Shown here: piece by piece, positions 30,635 through 40,712 of the stretch | Layout: the number at the start of each line of letters is the position of its first letter | How positions within the stretch are numbered: the first letter of the stretch is position 1 | NCBI GenBank assembly: GCA_029856045.1 | Contig: JAHQWG010000039.1 | Coordinates: forward strand, 32,001-96,000 | DNA length: 64,000 nt | Direction of reading: 5' to 3' | DNA from: Promethearchaeia archaeon | GTDB lineage: Archaea; Asgardarchaeota; Lokiarchaeia; Sigyniarchaeales; SOKP01 | The notes under the pieces: generated by a model | What the model was told of the DNA's origin: nothing | Database searches by the model: none | What the model saw: the letters and a program-made list of their open reading frames with translations, nothing else | Program-made: the position numbers and the translations under genes

Positions 30635-32293
30635 TTAAAAGATAGTTGTCATTTTATAAGTGCCATAAACTTCTTTTAATATATCACAAATTTCCCCAGT
30701 AGTAGCATATACTTTTACGGCATTTATCAAATAAGGCATTAAATTCTCATCAGTTTTAGCAACTTCTTTGATTTTAATAAGTTTCTCATGCACAAGATTG
30801 TTATCTCTTGACTCTTTAATTTTCTTTAATTTATCAATCTGTTGTTGCTCAATTTCCGGATCTGATTTTAAAATCTCCAACTTTAAATCTTCTTTATCAA
30901 TTTGAAATTTATTTACTCCAATTACAATTTGTTCTCCCTTCTCAATGGATTGTTGTATTTTATATGCATTTTCTTGGATTTCTTTTTGAATATAACCGTT
31001 TTCTATCGCATTAATTGCGCCTCCTTGTTGTTCAATTTTTTTAATTATTTTAAACGCTTCCTCCTCCATTTGATTTGTTAGTGATTCCAAATAGTATGAT
31101 CCGCCAATTGGATCTATTACATTTCCAGCACCAGTTTCATATGCGATTATTTGTTGAGTTCGTAATGATAAACGTACAGAATCTTTACTTGGAAGACTTA
31201 GAGCTTCATCTCTACTACTCGAATGAATTGATTGAGCTCCTCCCAATACAGAAGCAAGAGTTTGAATGGCAACTCTTATTAAATTTACATCGGGTTGCTG
31301 AGCGGTTAATGAGGAACCGATAGTTTGAGCATGAAATCTTAATTGCATTGATTTTAAATTTTTTGCTTTAAATCTGTTTTTTATTATTTTAGCCCATATT
31401 CTTCTTGCAGCTCTAAATTTAGCAATTTCTTCAAAAAAGTCATTATAAGTACAAAAGAAGAAAGCTAATCGACTTGCAAATTGATCAATATCTAAACCCC
31501 GTTTTAATACTTCTTCCACATACGCTATTGCATTTGTTAAAGTAAAGGCAATCTCCTGAACTGCTGTTGCTCCAGCTTCTCGAATATGATACCCTGAGAT
31601 GCTTATTGTATTAAAATGAGGGAGTTTTTTTGAACAATACTCGATTACATCGGCGACTAACTTCATAGATGGGATGGGTGGGAAAATATAGGTATTTCTA
31701 GCAATATATTCTTTTAAAATATCATTTTGCACAGTTCCACGTAATTTATCTATAGATACACCTTGTTTTTCAGCCAATGCGATATACATCGCAAGAATTA
31801 TAGCAGTAGGAGCATTGATGGTCATAGAGGTGCTAACTTGGTCTAACGGAATACCTTCAAAAAGATCTTCCATATCCTTTAATGAGGAAATTGGTACTCC
31901 CGTCTTTCCAACCTCTCCTTGAGCTAAAATATGGTCACTATCAAAACCCATCTGGGTACATAAATCAAAAGCGACGCTTAGGCCAGTCTGACCATGTTCA
32001 AGTAAATATTTATAACGTTGATTCGTTAATTTAGCGTTCTGAAAGCCACTATACTGACGCATCGTCCACAATCTCCCTCTGTACATTGTTGAATATGGTC
32101 CTCTTGTGAAAGGAAACTCCCCCGGTAAATTGATATCACCATAAGTAGTATCTTTCAGATCTAAAGGTGTATATATGGGTTTTAATTGAAAATACGAACT
32201 ATTTTCAATTTTTTCCAAGTCAAATTTCTTAATTTTTCCTTTCCATCTTTTTAAATCTTCGGAAAGTCTTTTTTCTTCTTCCTTATCAATCAT
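30635..32293 (-). CDS. Methylmalonyl-CoA mutase, substrate-binding (large) subunit
   Basis: PGEFPFTRG, WTMRQYSGF, GLSVAFDL, QNDILKEYIARNTY, SISGYHIREAG; no B12-binding domain. Confidence 0.95.
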   Translation of the reverse strand: MIDKEEEKRLSEDLKRWKGKIKKFDLEKIENSSYFQLKPIYTPLDLKDTTYGDINLPGEFPFTRGPYSTMYRGRLWTMRQYSGFQNAKLTNQRYKYLLEHGQTGLSVAFDLCTQMGFDSDHILAQGEVGKTGVPISSLKDMEDLFEGIPLDQVSTSMTINAPTAIILAMYIALAEKQGVSIDKLRGTVQNDILKEYIARNTYIFPPIPSMKLVADVIEYCSKKLPHFNTISISGYHIREAGATAVQEIAFTLTNAIAYVEEVLKRGLDIDQFASRLAFFFCTYNDFFEEIAKFRAARRIWAKIIKNRFKAKNLKSMQLRFHAQTIGSSLTAQQPDVNLIRVAIQTLASVLGGAQSIHSSSRDEALSLPSKDSVRLSLRTQQIIAYETGAGNVIDPIGGSYYLESLTNQMEEEAFKIIKKIEQQGGAINAIENGYIQKEIQENAYKIQQSIEKGEQIVIGVNKFQIDKEDLKLEILKSDPEIEQQQIDKLKKIKESRDNNLVHEKLIKIKEVAKTDENLMPYLINAVKVYATTGEICDILKEVYGTYKMTTIF

Positions 32294-32527
32294 TAATTTC
32301 AGCTCAAATAAATAACCGAATAAAAATAATTATGAAACCAAATTAAAAATTAGCATTTACATTAGGATAATTTTTTTTGATCTTGTTTAAATTATTCATA
32401 ATTTGTCAGAAAAATTAAAATTAAATAAAATTAAATAAAAATTTTGTCAATTAAAATTAATTCAAATTAAATTTCAAAATAAAATATACGCAAAAAGTTG
32501 AATAAATCACATAGGAGATAAAAAAAA

Positions 32528-33721
32528 ATGGAACTTAAATTTACTGAAGAGCAAGAAATGTTCAGAGAAAGTGTAAGGGAGTATTGTCAAAGGAAAATTG
32601 CACCCGTTGCTCTTGAAATGGAAAAAACCAGGGAGATATCAATAGAAATCAAGAAAGGAATGGCCGAACTTGGTCTTCTTGGATGTACAGCCTCACCAGA
32701 ATATGGTGGTTCAGGACTTGATGCCGTGAGCGCTGGTGTTATAGGAGAAGAGCTGGCAAGAGCAGATCCTACGGGTTCAATACCCGTTTTCTATCTCGTT
32801 CAAGCAGCATGGGGTTTTGTTCTCAATAAATATGGAACAGAAGAAGCAAAAAAAGAGATATTTCCAAAAGTTATTGCGGGAGAATATTTTCTTGGAATCG
32901 CTACAACTGAAAGTGATGCCGGGTCAGATGTAGCAGGAACTAGAACTATGATCAAAAAGGAAGGTGATGGTTATATTGTAAATGGAGAGAAAATGTATAT
33001 AAGTGGGGTACGCGAAGCTGCAGAAGGTGGTGGAGGACATCTTACGATTGCGAAGCAGAACCCAGAACTTGGCACTAGAGGTATGACAATGTTTTATTTA
33101 CCTCTTACGGCTGATGGTATTACCCCAACATACATTGATGATTTAGGCAGAGAGGGTATATCCTGTGGTGGATTTGCAATAGATAATGTAAAAATTCCGA
33201 AGTATTATATATTAGGAGAAGAAAATAAGGGGTTTTACATTGTTCACGAGGGGTACGAATTTGCAAGGGGATTAATTGCAGTAATATGCGCAGCAGCAGG
33301 TCTAAAATCATTAGAAAACGGTATGAATTACATTAAAGAAAGAAAATGTTTTGGTACTGCTATTGGAAAATTTGAAGAAATTAACTTCAGACTAGCCGAA
33401 CATTATACTAGGCTTAATATGTTAAGAGATTTGGCATATAAGTCATTATGGACTATTGACAAAGAACAACAAGGAAAGGGATCCAGATTTGAAACAAGTA
33501 AAGCAATCGCTATGGCAAAAATGTTTGCATCTGATTGGGCTTGCAATGCTATAAATGATGTAATGCAATGGCAGGGAGCATTTGGCTATTCTAGAGAGTG
33601 TCCAGACCAAGCCGCTTGGAGAGCTATAAGGTCTTTTGCGCTTGCAGAAGGTTCAAAAGAAATGATGAAGATGATCGTAGCTAGAGAACTACTTGGCAAG
33701 GAATTTATTGCCTACAAGTGA
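32528..33721 (+). CDS. Acyl-CoA dehydrogenase
   Basis: TTESDAGSD, NGEKMYISG, GAFGY, AEGSKEMMK; AGGAG SD. Confidence 0.95.
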   Translation: MELKFTEEQEMFRESVREYCQRKIAPVALEMEKTREISIEIKKGMAELGLLGCTASPEYGGSGLDAVSAGVIGEELARADPTGSIPVFYLVQAAWGFVLNKYGTEEAKKEIFPKVIAGEYFLGIATTESDAGSDVAGTRTMIKKEGDGYIVNGEKMYISGVREAAEGGGGHLTIAKQNPELGTRGMTMFYLPLTADGITPTYIDDLGREGISCGGFAIDNVKIPKYYILGEENKGFYIVHEGYEFARGLIAVICAAAGLKSLENGMNYIKERKCFGTAIGKFEEINFRLAEHYTRLNMLRDLAYKSLWTIDKEQQGKGSRFETSKAIAMAKMFASDWACNAINDVMQWQGAFGYSRECPDQAAWRAIRSFALAEGSKEMMKMIVARELLGKEFIAYK

Positions 33722-33796
33722 AAAGAATAATTTTTTAAAATTTTTTTTATTATTTTATATTATTATTTTAAGGAAATAAAGATTAAAAAAATTTTA

Positions 33797-34594
33797 GTGG
33801 ATATTATTGTGAGATTTATAGTTTGTGTGAAAGAGGTTCCAGAATCAATAGATGTAAAAATTGATCTTAAAACTAATAAACTTCAGGAAGAAGGCATTTC
33901 AACCACTTTAAATCCCTTTGATCAATTCATATTAGAGGAGGCTTTAAAGTTGAAGAAAAATGAGGATGAAATCATTGCAATATCAATAGGAACACCTCAA
34001 ACAAAAAAGGTTTTAATGAAATGTCTTGCACTTGGTGCTGATAAAGCTATTTTGCTCAGTGACAATGTCTTTATAGGATCTGATTCTTTTGCCACAGCCT
34101 ACACTCTTTCTAAAGTAATTAATAAGATTGGAGATTTTGATATAATTTTTTGTGGACAACAAACAGTTGATGGTAATACAGCTCAAGTTGGTCCCGAATT
34201 AGCCGCTCAACTCAAAATACCGCAAGTCACTTATGTAGAAAGTGTAGAAAAATTTGAAGGAAAGAAATTATTGGTAAAATCACAAACAGATGATGGATTT
34301 AAAATAGTAGAATCACAAATCCCGGTACTTTTAGCGGGGATTCCTCCATCATCATTTACACCAAGCCTCCCACCTTTGCGAAATATAATAGCAGCTCAAG
34401 ATAAACCATGTATCATATGGAATTTTGAAAATTTAGATGGTCCCAAAGATAAATATGGCTCGGTAGGATCGTTAATACAGATTACTAAAGTTTATTATCC
34501 TCCTCCAAGAGAAAAAGGTATTATGATTGTTGAAGAACCTATAACTGCAGTTGAAAAGCTTATTGAATTATTAACTAAGGATAAGGTGATTTAA
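33797..34594 (+). CDS. etfB: Electron transfer flavoprotein beta subunit
   Basis: VCVKEVP, LNPFD, GSDSFATA, GQQTVDGNTAQVG. The start may be GTG 33809. Confidence 0.95.
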   Translation: MDIIVRFIVCVKEVPESIDVKIDLKTNKLQEEGISTTLNPFDQFILEEALKLKKNEDEIIAISIGTPQTKKVLMKCLALGADKAILLSDNVFIGSDSFATAYTLSKVINKIGDFDIIFCGQQTVDGNTAQVGPELAAQLKIPQVTYVESVEKFEGKKLLVKSQTDDGFKIVESQIPVLLAGIPPSSFTPSLPPLRNIIAAQDKPCIIWNFENLDGPKDKYGSVGSLIQITKVYYPPPREKGIMIVEEPITAVEKLIELLTKDKVI

Positions 34595-34595
34595 A

Positions 34596-35612
34596 ATAGA
34601 GTCCACAAAAGATAATTTTTCTAGTTATCAAGATGTATGGGTATTTGCCGAGATTAAGAATAATGAAATAAGAGAAATTACTTTAGAATTGCTTGGTAAA
34701 GCAAAAGAACTTGCAAATGAGTTAAGCCAAGATATTTGTGCTGTAATTATTGGAAGCGAAATAAGAAAATTCTGTAATGTACTCTCTACTTTTGGTGCAA
34801 ATAAAATATATATTGCTGAAGATGGTGCCCTTAAAGAATATAACACAGAAATATATACTTCCATTCTTACTAAAATAATTCTAAAGCATAAACCAAATAT
34901 TTTGCTATTCCCTGCCACAAAAATTGGAAGGGATTTAGCCCCAAGAGTCGCCTCCACACTAAAATTGGGGCTCGCAGCTGATTGTATAAAATTGACTATA
35001 CAAAATGGTAAATTATTAATGACTCGCCCGGTGTATGGCGATAATATCTTAGCCGATATTATTTGTCCAAATACTCGACCACAAATGGCAACAATCAGAG
35101 CTAAAATGATGGAAAAGGCAGAACCAAAACAAAATGAAAGTGCTGAAGTTATTAAAGAACCTGTTAATATTAATGTTGATTCTTTTAAGACAATTGTAAA
35201 AGAAAAGAAAAAGACATCAATACCGGGTGTAAAATCAATTGATGAAGCTGATATTATTATATCTGGAGGCAGAGGTGTTGGAAGTAAAGAGACATTTAAA
35301 ATTATCGAGGAATTAGCTGATGTATTGAATGCTGCTGTAGGAGCAAGTAGGACTGCGGTTGAAGCTGGCTGGAAACCAAAATCATGTCAAGTAGGACAGA
35401 GTGGTACAACAGTTTCACCAAAAATATACATTGCCTGTGGAATATCAGGGACAACCCAGCATCTAGTAGGAATGAAAGGGAGTGATGTTATAATAGCAAT
35501 AAATAAAGACCCCGAGGCACCGATATTTGAGGTTGCAAATTATGGTATTGTCGGAGATTTGAAAGAAGTTGTACCGCTATTAACAAAAGCATTAAAGGAA
35601 AAAAAGATTTAA
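34596..35612 (+). CDS. etfA: Electron transfer flavoprotein alpha subunit (probable ATA start)
   Basis: The conserved N-terminus YQDVWVFAE...ITLELLGKAKELA lies upstream of the track start 34689; SGGRG, GASR, QVGQSG, GISG, INKD motifs. Confidence 0.93.
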   Translation: MESTKDNFSSYQDVWVFAEIKNNEIREITLELLGKAKELANELSQDICAVIIGSEIRKFCNVLSTFGANKIYIAEDGALKEYNTEIYTSILTKIILKHKPNILLFPATKIGRDLAPRVASTLKLGLAADCIKLTIQNGKLLMTRPVYGDNILADIICPNTRPQMATIRAKMMEKAEPKQNESAEVIKEPVNINVDSFKTIVKEKKKTSIPGVKSIDEADIIISGGRGVGSKETFKIIEELADVLNAAVGASRTAVEAGWKPKSCQVGQSGTTVSPKIYIACGISGTTQHLVGMKGSDVIIAINKDPEAPIFEVANYGIVGDLKEVVPLLTKALKEKKI

Positions 35613-35668
35613 AAAAACAGACATTTTTTTTCCTTGTCATTGGGGAAGATAAGAAGCTGTGAAATTAG

Positions 35669-36337
35669 ATGATGGAATTTAACTATTTATTTATTGAACA
35701 AAAATTAGCAAATTTTCCGCCATTGGAGTTAAATTCTTCTTTTTTAAAAAAATCTGCTGTAATAATTCCAATTAAACCAACGAAATCGAGCTATAATATA
35801 ATTTTTACTTCTCGTTCTCCAAAATTAAAACATCATACAGGCGAAATGAGTTTTCCTGGAGGCACTTTTGATTCAAATCTTGATAATCAACTCCAAGATA
35901 CTGCTTTAAGAGAGATATATGAAGAAATTGGTATCCCTCGTGAAAATTTAAAAATTATTGGAAGACTTGATGATTTGCCTACACTTACAGGTTTTATAAT
36001 TCGCCCTTTTGTAAGTTTAATTAAAAATACAAATGAAATAAAATTCAAAATTAATCATAATGAAGTAGCAGAATTAGTTGAAATACCAATTGAATATATT
36101 GCTCAAAAAAATCTTTTTTATGAAATTCCATTTCCAAAAGATCCTAAAAATTGGAAAATGTTATGTTTTAAATATAGAGATCCTAATATAAATAATATAT
36201 TTAATATTTGGGGCGCTACAGCACATATGCTCCAAGAATTTATGAAAAAGTTATATGATATAAAAGTCATTAATCCTGAATATGAAAGACCTACTCTTCC
36301 AGAATGCGTAGAATTTTTGCAAAAAAAGAAATCATAA
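35669..36337 (+). CDS. Nudix CoA pyrophosphatase (NudL/Pcd1-like)
   Basis: RSPKLKHHTGEMSFPGG, TALREIYEEIG, NEVAE, IWGATA. Confidence 0.92.
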   Translation: MMEFNYLFIEQKLANFPPLELNSSFLKKSAVIIPIKPTKSSYNIIFTSRSPKLKHHTGEMSFPGGTFDSNLDNQLQDTALREIYEEIGIPRENLKIIGRLDDLPTLTGFIIRPFVSLIKNTNEIKFKINHNEVAELVEIPIEYIAQKNLFYEIPFPKDPKNWKMLCFKYRDPNINNIFNIWGATAHMLQEFMKKLYDIKVINPEYERPTLPECVEFLQKKKS

Positions 36338-36440
36338 AAATTACAAAAAGAAAAATTGAAAAAAAATATAAAATTAGAAATTTCAAACAATTTTTTTTAA
36401 TTAATTAACGAATTCAATATTGCAGAGTGAAGTATAGAAA

Positions 36441-37031
36441 ATGTTTGAGAATTCTGAAATTTCAGAAGAATTTAAATTGAAAGATGGTAGAGTTGTTTTG
36501 ATTAAACGACTGTTAATTGAGGATTATGAAAAAAATAACAATTATGAATTTGTCCACGATTGGCTTAATAAAGTAAATAAGTATCTATTAGGAGAATTTG
36601 AGAAAGAAGATTTACAGCAAAACAGAGAATATTTTTACAACAAATTATCTAATAAAGCGGAGGACTTAATGATAGGGGCAATTTATAATCAGAGAATTAT
36701 TGCTTCAGCAGGTATTAGCGTAAATCTGAAATTAAAAAAAATAAAGCATATTGGTAATTGGGGTATATCTATACATCCAGATTTTCAAAATCAAGGATTG
36801 GCTACGAGAATAATGAAGATCCTTGAATATATTGCAACAGATGGAGGGTTAAAGAAACTTGAAGCAGATTTTTTTGAGGGAAATGATATTGCAGAGCACC
36901 TCTATGTTAGAAAATTAGGGTATGAGATTGAAGGTAGACGAAAATATGCAGCTCTTTTAAAAGATGGAACCTATGTTGATAAATTCATAATGGGTAAAAT
37001 AATAGATAAATCTATAAAAAAAAATAAATAA
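36441..37031 (+). CDS. GNAT acetyltransferase (RimJ/RimL-like)
   Basis: GISIHPDFQNQGLA, N..A..LY..LGYEIEG. Confidence 0.9.
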   Translation: MFENSEISEEFKLKDGRVVLIKRLLIEDYEKNNNYEFVHDWLNKVNKYLLGEFEKEDLQQNREYFYNKLSNKAEDLMIGAIYNQRIIASAGISVNLKLKKIKHIGNWGISIHPDFQNQGLATRIMKILEYIATDGGLKKLEADFFEGNDIAEHLYVRKLGYEIEGRRKYAALLKDGTYVDKFIMGKIIDKSIKKNK

Positions 37032-37064
37032 AATTTCTATCTTTCGATAGCATAAATTATATGT

Positions 37065-39575
37065 TTATCCTGATTCTTGTTTCAATTTTTTAATTTCTGA
37101 AAGATAATTTTCTGCTTTTTCAATCCAACATGTTTTTGTTTCAAGTTCACATATCATCCTATTTGAAATCATTTTTCCTTTTTCAATATATTCAGTTGCT
37201 AAATCATATTTACCAAGCTCTTTATAACAATTACCCATTTTGATACATGTCTCATAAGAAAAGAAACCATATGGCTCAAGTTTTAATGCTTTTTGAAATT
37301 CTTTTATGGCTTCTTTATATTCATTAAACATCATTAATATTTCACCATAAGAATCATGGTAATTTCCATTATCTGGAACTAGTGTAACTAATTTTTTAGC
37401 AGCTTCTATAGCTTCTTCTTTTTTCTCTAAGTATGCTAACCCATAAACTTTACTATTCAAAAGTACGTAATCTTCAGGGTATAACTCAATTAAACTGTCA
37501 AGTATTTTTATTCCTTCATCAAATTCTTTCATTTTAAAAAATATGTGTGTTTTTTTCCATAAAAGATCCTTCCTTTTCTCTGGAAATTCCTTAATACCTT
37601 CTTCTAATAAGGCTAATATATTATCAAATTTATTAACTGAAATTAAAATGTGTATTTTGGTGAAATAGAGATGTATATTTTTTGGATTTAGATCAATAGC
37701 AATATCGATTGCACTAAATGCTTCTTCATATCTTTTCAATTCTCGCAAAATAGAACTTTTTAATTGATAAAATAGGGATTTATTGGATTTATTAGGCTCT
37801 AATGAAATAGTTTTATCAATCATATCTAGGGCAATATCCTCATGTGCTTTTAGTATATCAAATCTATAAATAATATTATAACCAAGCACTATTGCTTTTG
37901 TGGCATAGGAAATAGGAATGTTAGAATAAAGTTCAAGTAATTCATTAGCAACATTTAAAGCCTTCTCAAATTTTCCAAGAGTCATATAACAAAAGGCTAT
38001 TATGAAAGAAGAGGAAGCGTAAATCTCTTTTTGAGCAAGATTAATATCTATTTCTTTATTCAACAATTCAATGGCATCATTATGTCTATTGGATACACAT
38101 AAAATTATTGCTTTCAGAAGATAAAGTTCAAAGTTTTTTGGATTCAATTTAATATCAGAATCTACAATCTTTAAATCTTCATTAACTTCTTTCTTCTTTT
38201 CAAATTTGTCTTGTTTTATTAAGTAATCTAATTTAAATGAAAAATAAGGTTCTAATGTTTTAAATATCTGCAGGTCTAAATAATACTTAAATTCACTTTG
38301 TTCAATAAAATCATATTGGGAATCAGTAGAATCATATGTTTGAAATACATCAGGAATATTTTGCCAAACAATACCTTCTAATTTATCTAGTGGATCAATT
38401 AAACTTTTTTCAGTTTCGATTTTATAAGCCAAATATTTAATATATTCTGGTAAAAATTCTCTTAATGGTTTTTTCAGATTATTATTAAATACACTATTAC
38501 AGATATCATCTAAGATATTATCTAGTAAATGTGTTAAATCTAAAGACGGATTATTGTAAAAAGTTTTTTCATAAAGCTTATTCAAATAAGTAAATTTTAT
38601 GATAAAATCTTTTACCATAGCTCTTAATACTTTCTCTATTCTCTCATTTACATGAAAAAAATAAATTTTATCTTGTTTAGTTTCTAATTTGAAAAATTTT
38701 ATTGGATAAAAATTCTCTTCTATAATTTTATAAACGTAATAATCAAGAATTGTTTTTTTAATATCATATTTGCCAGAGAATTCCTCAGGTGAAATATATT
38801 CAGGATATTGATTCGGATGATTTAGGGAAAGAAAAAGTAAAATTTTGTCAAAATCTTCCTCATTACTTAAAGTATTTTTAACTTTAGCATAATCTAATTT
38901 TAACTTGTTATTTAGAAATCGAAACTTTAATTCGTCTTCTTCTATTTCATATTTTTCGAAAAATTTTATGGTTTTTTGTGTAATATCTTCAATTCTCTTA
39001 CTTTCTTCTTCCAAAATTGATTGTCGGTCTAGATCATATAATTTCAACATTTTAGAGTATTCCGTCTTACCCTCTGGAGTAATCTTATATTGCTTATTTT
39101 CGTTTATTACAAATCCTTTGGTCATTAATAAATTAAGATTTTTTGATAAAGAAGATTGATTAATTGAAAGAGGTTCTTCACGAAAATCTGACCATTTGCA
39201 ATAATCATTGTTATTTACCATCCAAAGTGCAACATGATCATAATTCCTTTTACTTATAATTGCTTTTGGGGGATAATTTAATTTTCTTCTACCAGATTCT
39301 TTTAAATAGACCAATTCACTTAGTCTTTCTTTGCCTGCTGGTGTAATTTGATAGTAATCTCGCTCAGGTTTTTCAACAAGACCTTTACTAATAAGATTAT
39401 TTAATTTACCTGATAATGTTGACTCACTTATTTCAACTTTAAAATCTGACCATCTACAAAACTTATTGTTAGAAAGCATCCATAATATGATTTGTTCATT
39501 ATCTCGGTTACCATAGGGAGGACTTAAAATATCTTCAGGTGGATACATTATATTTATTTTTTCTGAGCGACTCAT
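37065..39575 (-). CDS. Tandem winged-helix plus C-terminal TPR protein (putative regulator)
   Basis: Two repeats of YPP...IxWMx.NN.C.WSDF...I..S.LS..L..L..KG.V...Y.ITP.GK (wHTH-like), then about 8-10 TPR-like repeats. Likely start ATG 39575. Confidence 0.8.
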   Translation of the reverse strand: MSRSEKINIMYPPEDILSPPYGNRDNEQIILWMLSNNKFCRWSDFKVEISESTLSGKLNNLISKGLVEKPERDYYQITPAGKERLSELVYLKESGRRKLNYPPKAIISKRNYDHVALWMVNNNDYCKWSDFREEPLSINQSSLSKNLNLLMTKGFVINENKQYKITPEGKTEYSKMLKLYDLDRQSILEEESKRIEDITQKTIKFFEKYEIEEDELKFRFLNNKLKLDYAKVKNTLSNEEDFDKILLFLSLNHPNQYPEYISPEEFSGKYDIKKTILDYYVYKIIEENFYPIKFFKLETKQDKIYFFHVNERIEKVLRAMVKDFIIKFTYLNKLYEKTFYNNPSLDLTHLLDNILDDICNSVFNNNLKKPLREFLPEYIKYLAYKIETEKSLIDPLDKLEGIVWQNIPDVFQTYDSTDSQYDFIEQSEFKYYLDLQIFKTLEPYFSFKLDYLIKQDKFEKKKEVNEDLKIVDSDIKLNPKNFELYLLKAIILCVSNRHNDAIELLNKEIDINLAQKEIYASSSFIIAFCYMTLGKFEKALNVANELLELYSNIPISYATKAIVLGYNIIYRFDILKAHEDIALDMIDKTISLEPNKSNKSLFYQLKSSILRELKRYEEAFSAIDIAIDLNPKNIHLYFTKIHILISVNKFDNILALLEEGIKEFPEKRKDLLWKKTHIFFKMKEFDEGIKILDSLIELYPEDYVLLNSKVYGLAYLEKKEEAIEAAKKLVTLVPDNGNYHDSYGEILMMFNEYKEAIKEFQKALKLEPYGFFSYETCIKMGNCYKELGKYDLATEYIEKGKMISNRMICELETKTCWIEKAENYLSEIKKLKQESG

Positions 39576-39599
39576 TAAAAAACACAAAAAAAATATTAT

Positions 39600-39679
39600 T
39601 TCAATTACATTTAAAAATAGTTCAATTACATTTAAATACTTTGCACTTCACATCGGCTCTTGAACTTCGTATGGAGTTC
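39600..39679. promoter_or_regulatory. Divergent promoter region with a 16-bp direct repeat and an imperfect palindrome
   Basis: TTCAATTACATTTAAA at 39600 and 39621 (21-bp period); GAACTTC-GTAT-GGAGTTC at 39662-39679, just upstream of a TTATATA box. Confidence 0.55.
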
Positions 39680-39762
39680 GGCTTCAAAACTTATATATGA
39701 ATTATTTTCTTAATTTAAATTAATAATAAAAAATTGAAAAAAATTAGAAGGGATAAAAAAAA

Positions 39763-40005
39763 ATGGCCCAAGTATGTGCAAAAGATGAAGCACTTCTCGA
39801 TTGTGCTGAAATAGAAATTGCTTTAGAAAAACTCCCTAAATCAAGAAAGCAAATCGAGATAAAAAAAGTTGAAGATAAACAAGATAAATCACGATTATTG
39901 AAATTATATGAGGAAGCAAAGTATAACGTAAAATGTTATAAAGAGTTAATTCAAATAAAGAAAGTTAAAAGCAAGATTCATTTTAGAAACTATGGAGTTT
40001 TTTAA
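39763..40005 (+). CDS. Hypothetical protein (80 aa)
   Basis: Clean ORF preceded by GAAGGGA and an A-tract leader. Confidence 0.65.
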   Translation: MAQVCAKDEALLDCAEIEIALEKLPKSRKQIEIKKVEDKQDKSRLLKLYEEAKYNVKCYKELIQIKKVKSKIHFRNYGVF

Positions 40006-40070
40006 GAAATCTAATTTTTTGTATTAAATATTAAAAAAAAAATAAAAAATCACAAAAGAGGGAAAAAAAA

Positions 40071-40157
40071 ATGAATAAAAAAAGAAATAAAGAAAAACAA
40101 GTAAAAAATATAAAAAATTATCCTACAGGATATAATCCTCAGTATTTTCGATATTAA
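40071..40157 (+). CDS. Putative 28-aa peptide MNKKRNKEKQVKNIKNYPTGYNPQYFRY
   Basis: Translated by hand; its GAGGGA plus A-tract leader resembles that of the preceding gene, and T-tracts follow. Confidence 0.45.
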   Translation: MNKKRNKEKQVKNIKNYPTGYNPQYFRY

Positions 40158-40265
40158 ATAATCTGTTTTTTTATTTTTAGTATATTTAATTTTTGGTAAG
40201 AATTGCTTCTACTTAAGATTATCATTTTCGTGTTAATTTTTTGCATTATTTAAAATAATTTAGTA

Positions 40266-40664
40266 TTAATGGTCATGCAAAAAACCATTGGGAAGTATTT
40301 CTCCACATAAACATTGGTTTGGATGGCTATAAGCTTCGCAAATTCTTTCTATCAAATCACAAGAAATAACATTTGCAATTTTTCTGGCTTCTTCATGAGC
40401 AAATTCTTCGGGAAGATTTAACACATCCATTAAGAAATGGGCAACCAGATGTTCATGCAATTTAAAATGCTGAGCTTCTTTCTTTCCGGCAGCAACTAAC
40501 TCAACACTTCTATAAGGTTCCCATCTTACAAATTTTTTTCCAACTAAACGTTTCACTGCACTATTCACAGTGCTATGTTTGAAATTTAAGGCTTTAGCGA
40601 GAGCACCTACACTTATTGGTTTGTTAATTTTCTCTAAATAATTCAAAATTTTATCTTCAAGCAT
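40266..40664 (-). CDS. DtxR/MntR-family metal-dependent regulator
   Basis: HTH (LAKALNFKHSTVNSAVKRL), PYRSVEL, HEHLVAHFL, AHEEA, HPNQCLCGEILP. Confidence 0.9.
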   Translation of the reverse strand: MLEDKILNYLEKINKPISVGALAKALNFKHSTVNSAVKRLVGKKFVRWEPYRSVELVAAGKKEAQHFKLHEHLVAHFLMDVLNLPEEFAHEEARKIANVISCDLIERICEAYSHPNQCLCGEILPNGFLHDH

Positions 40665-40712
40665 AGTAAATCATATTTTATTTTATTTTATTTTCCTTTA
40701 AAATAATTAAAA

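Noticed and set aside
1103-36390. Numerous short ORFs overlapping confident genes (e.g. 7255..7749, 11898..12248, 27229..27678, 34628..34957)
   Set aside because: Antisense or out-of-frame shadows of well-supported CDSs, with no recognisable motifs.
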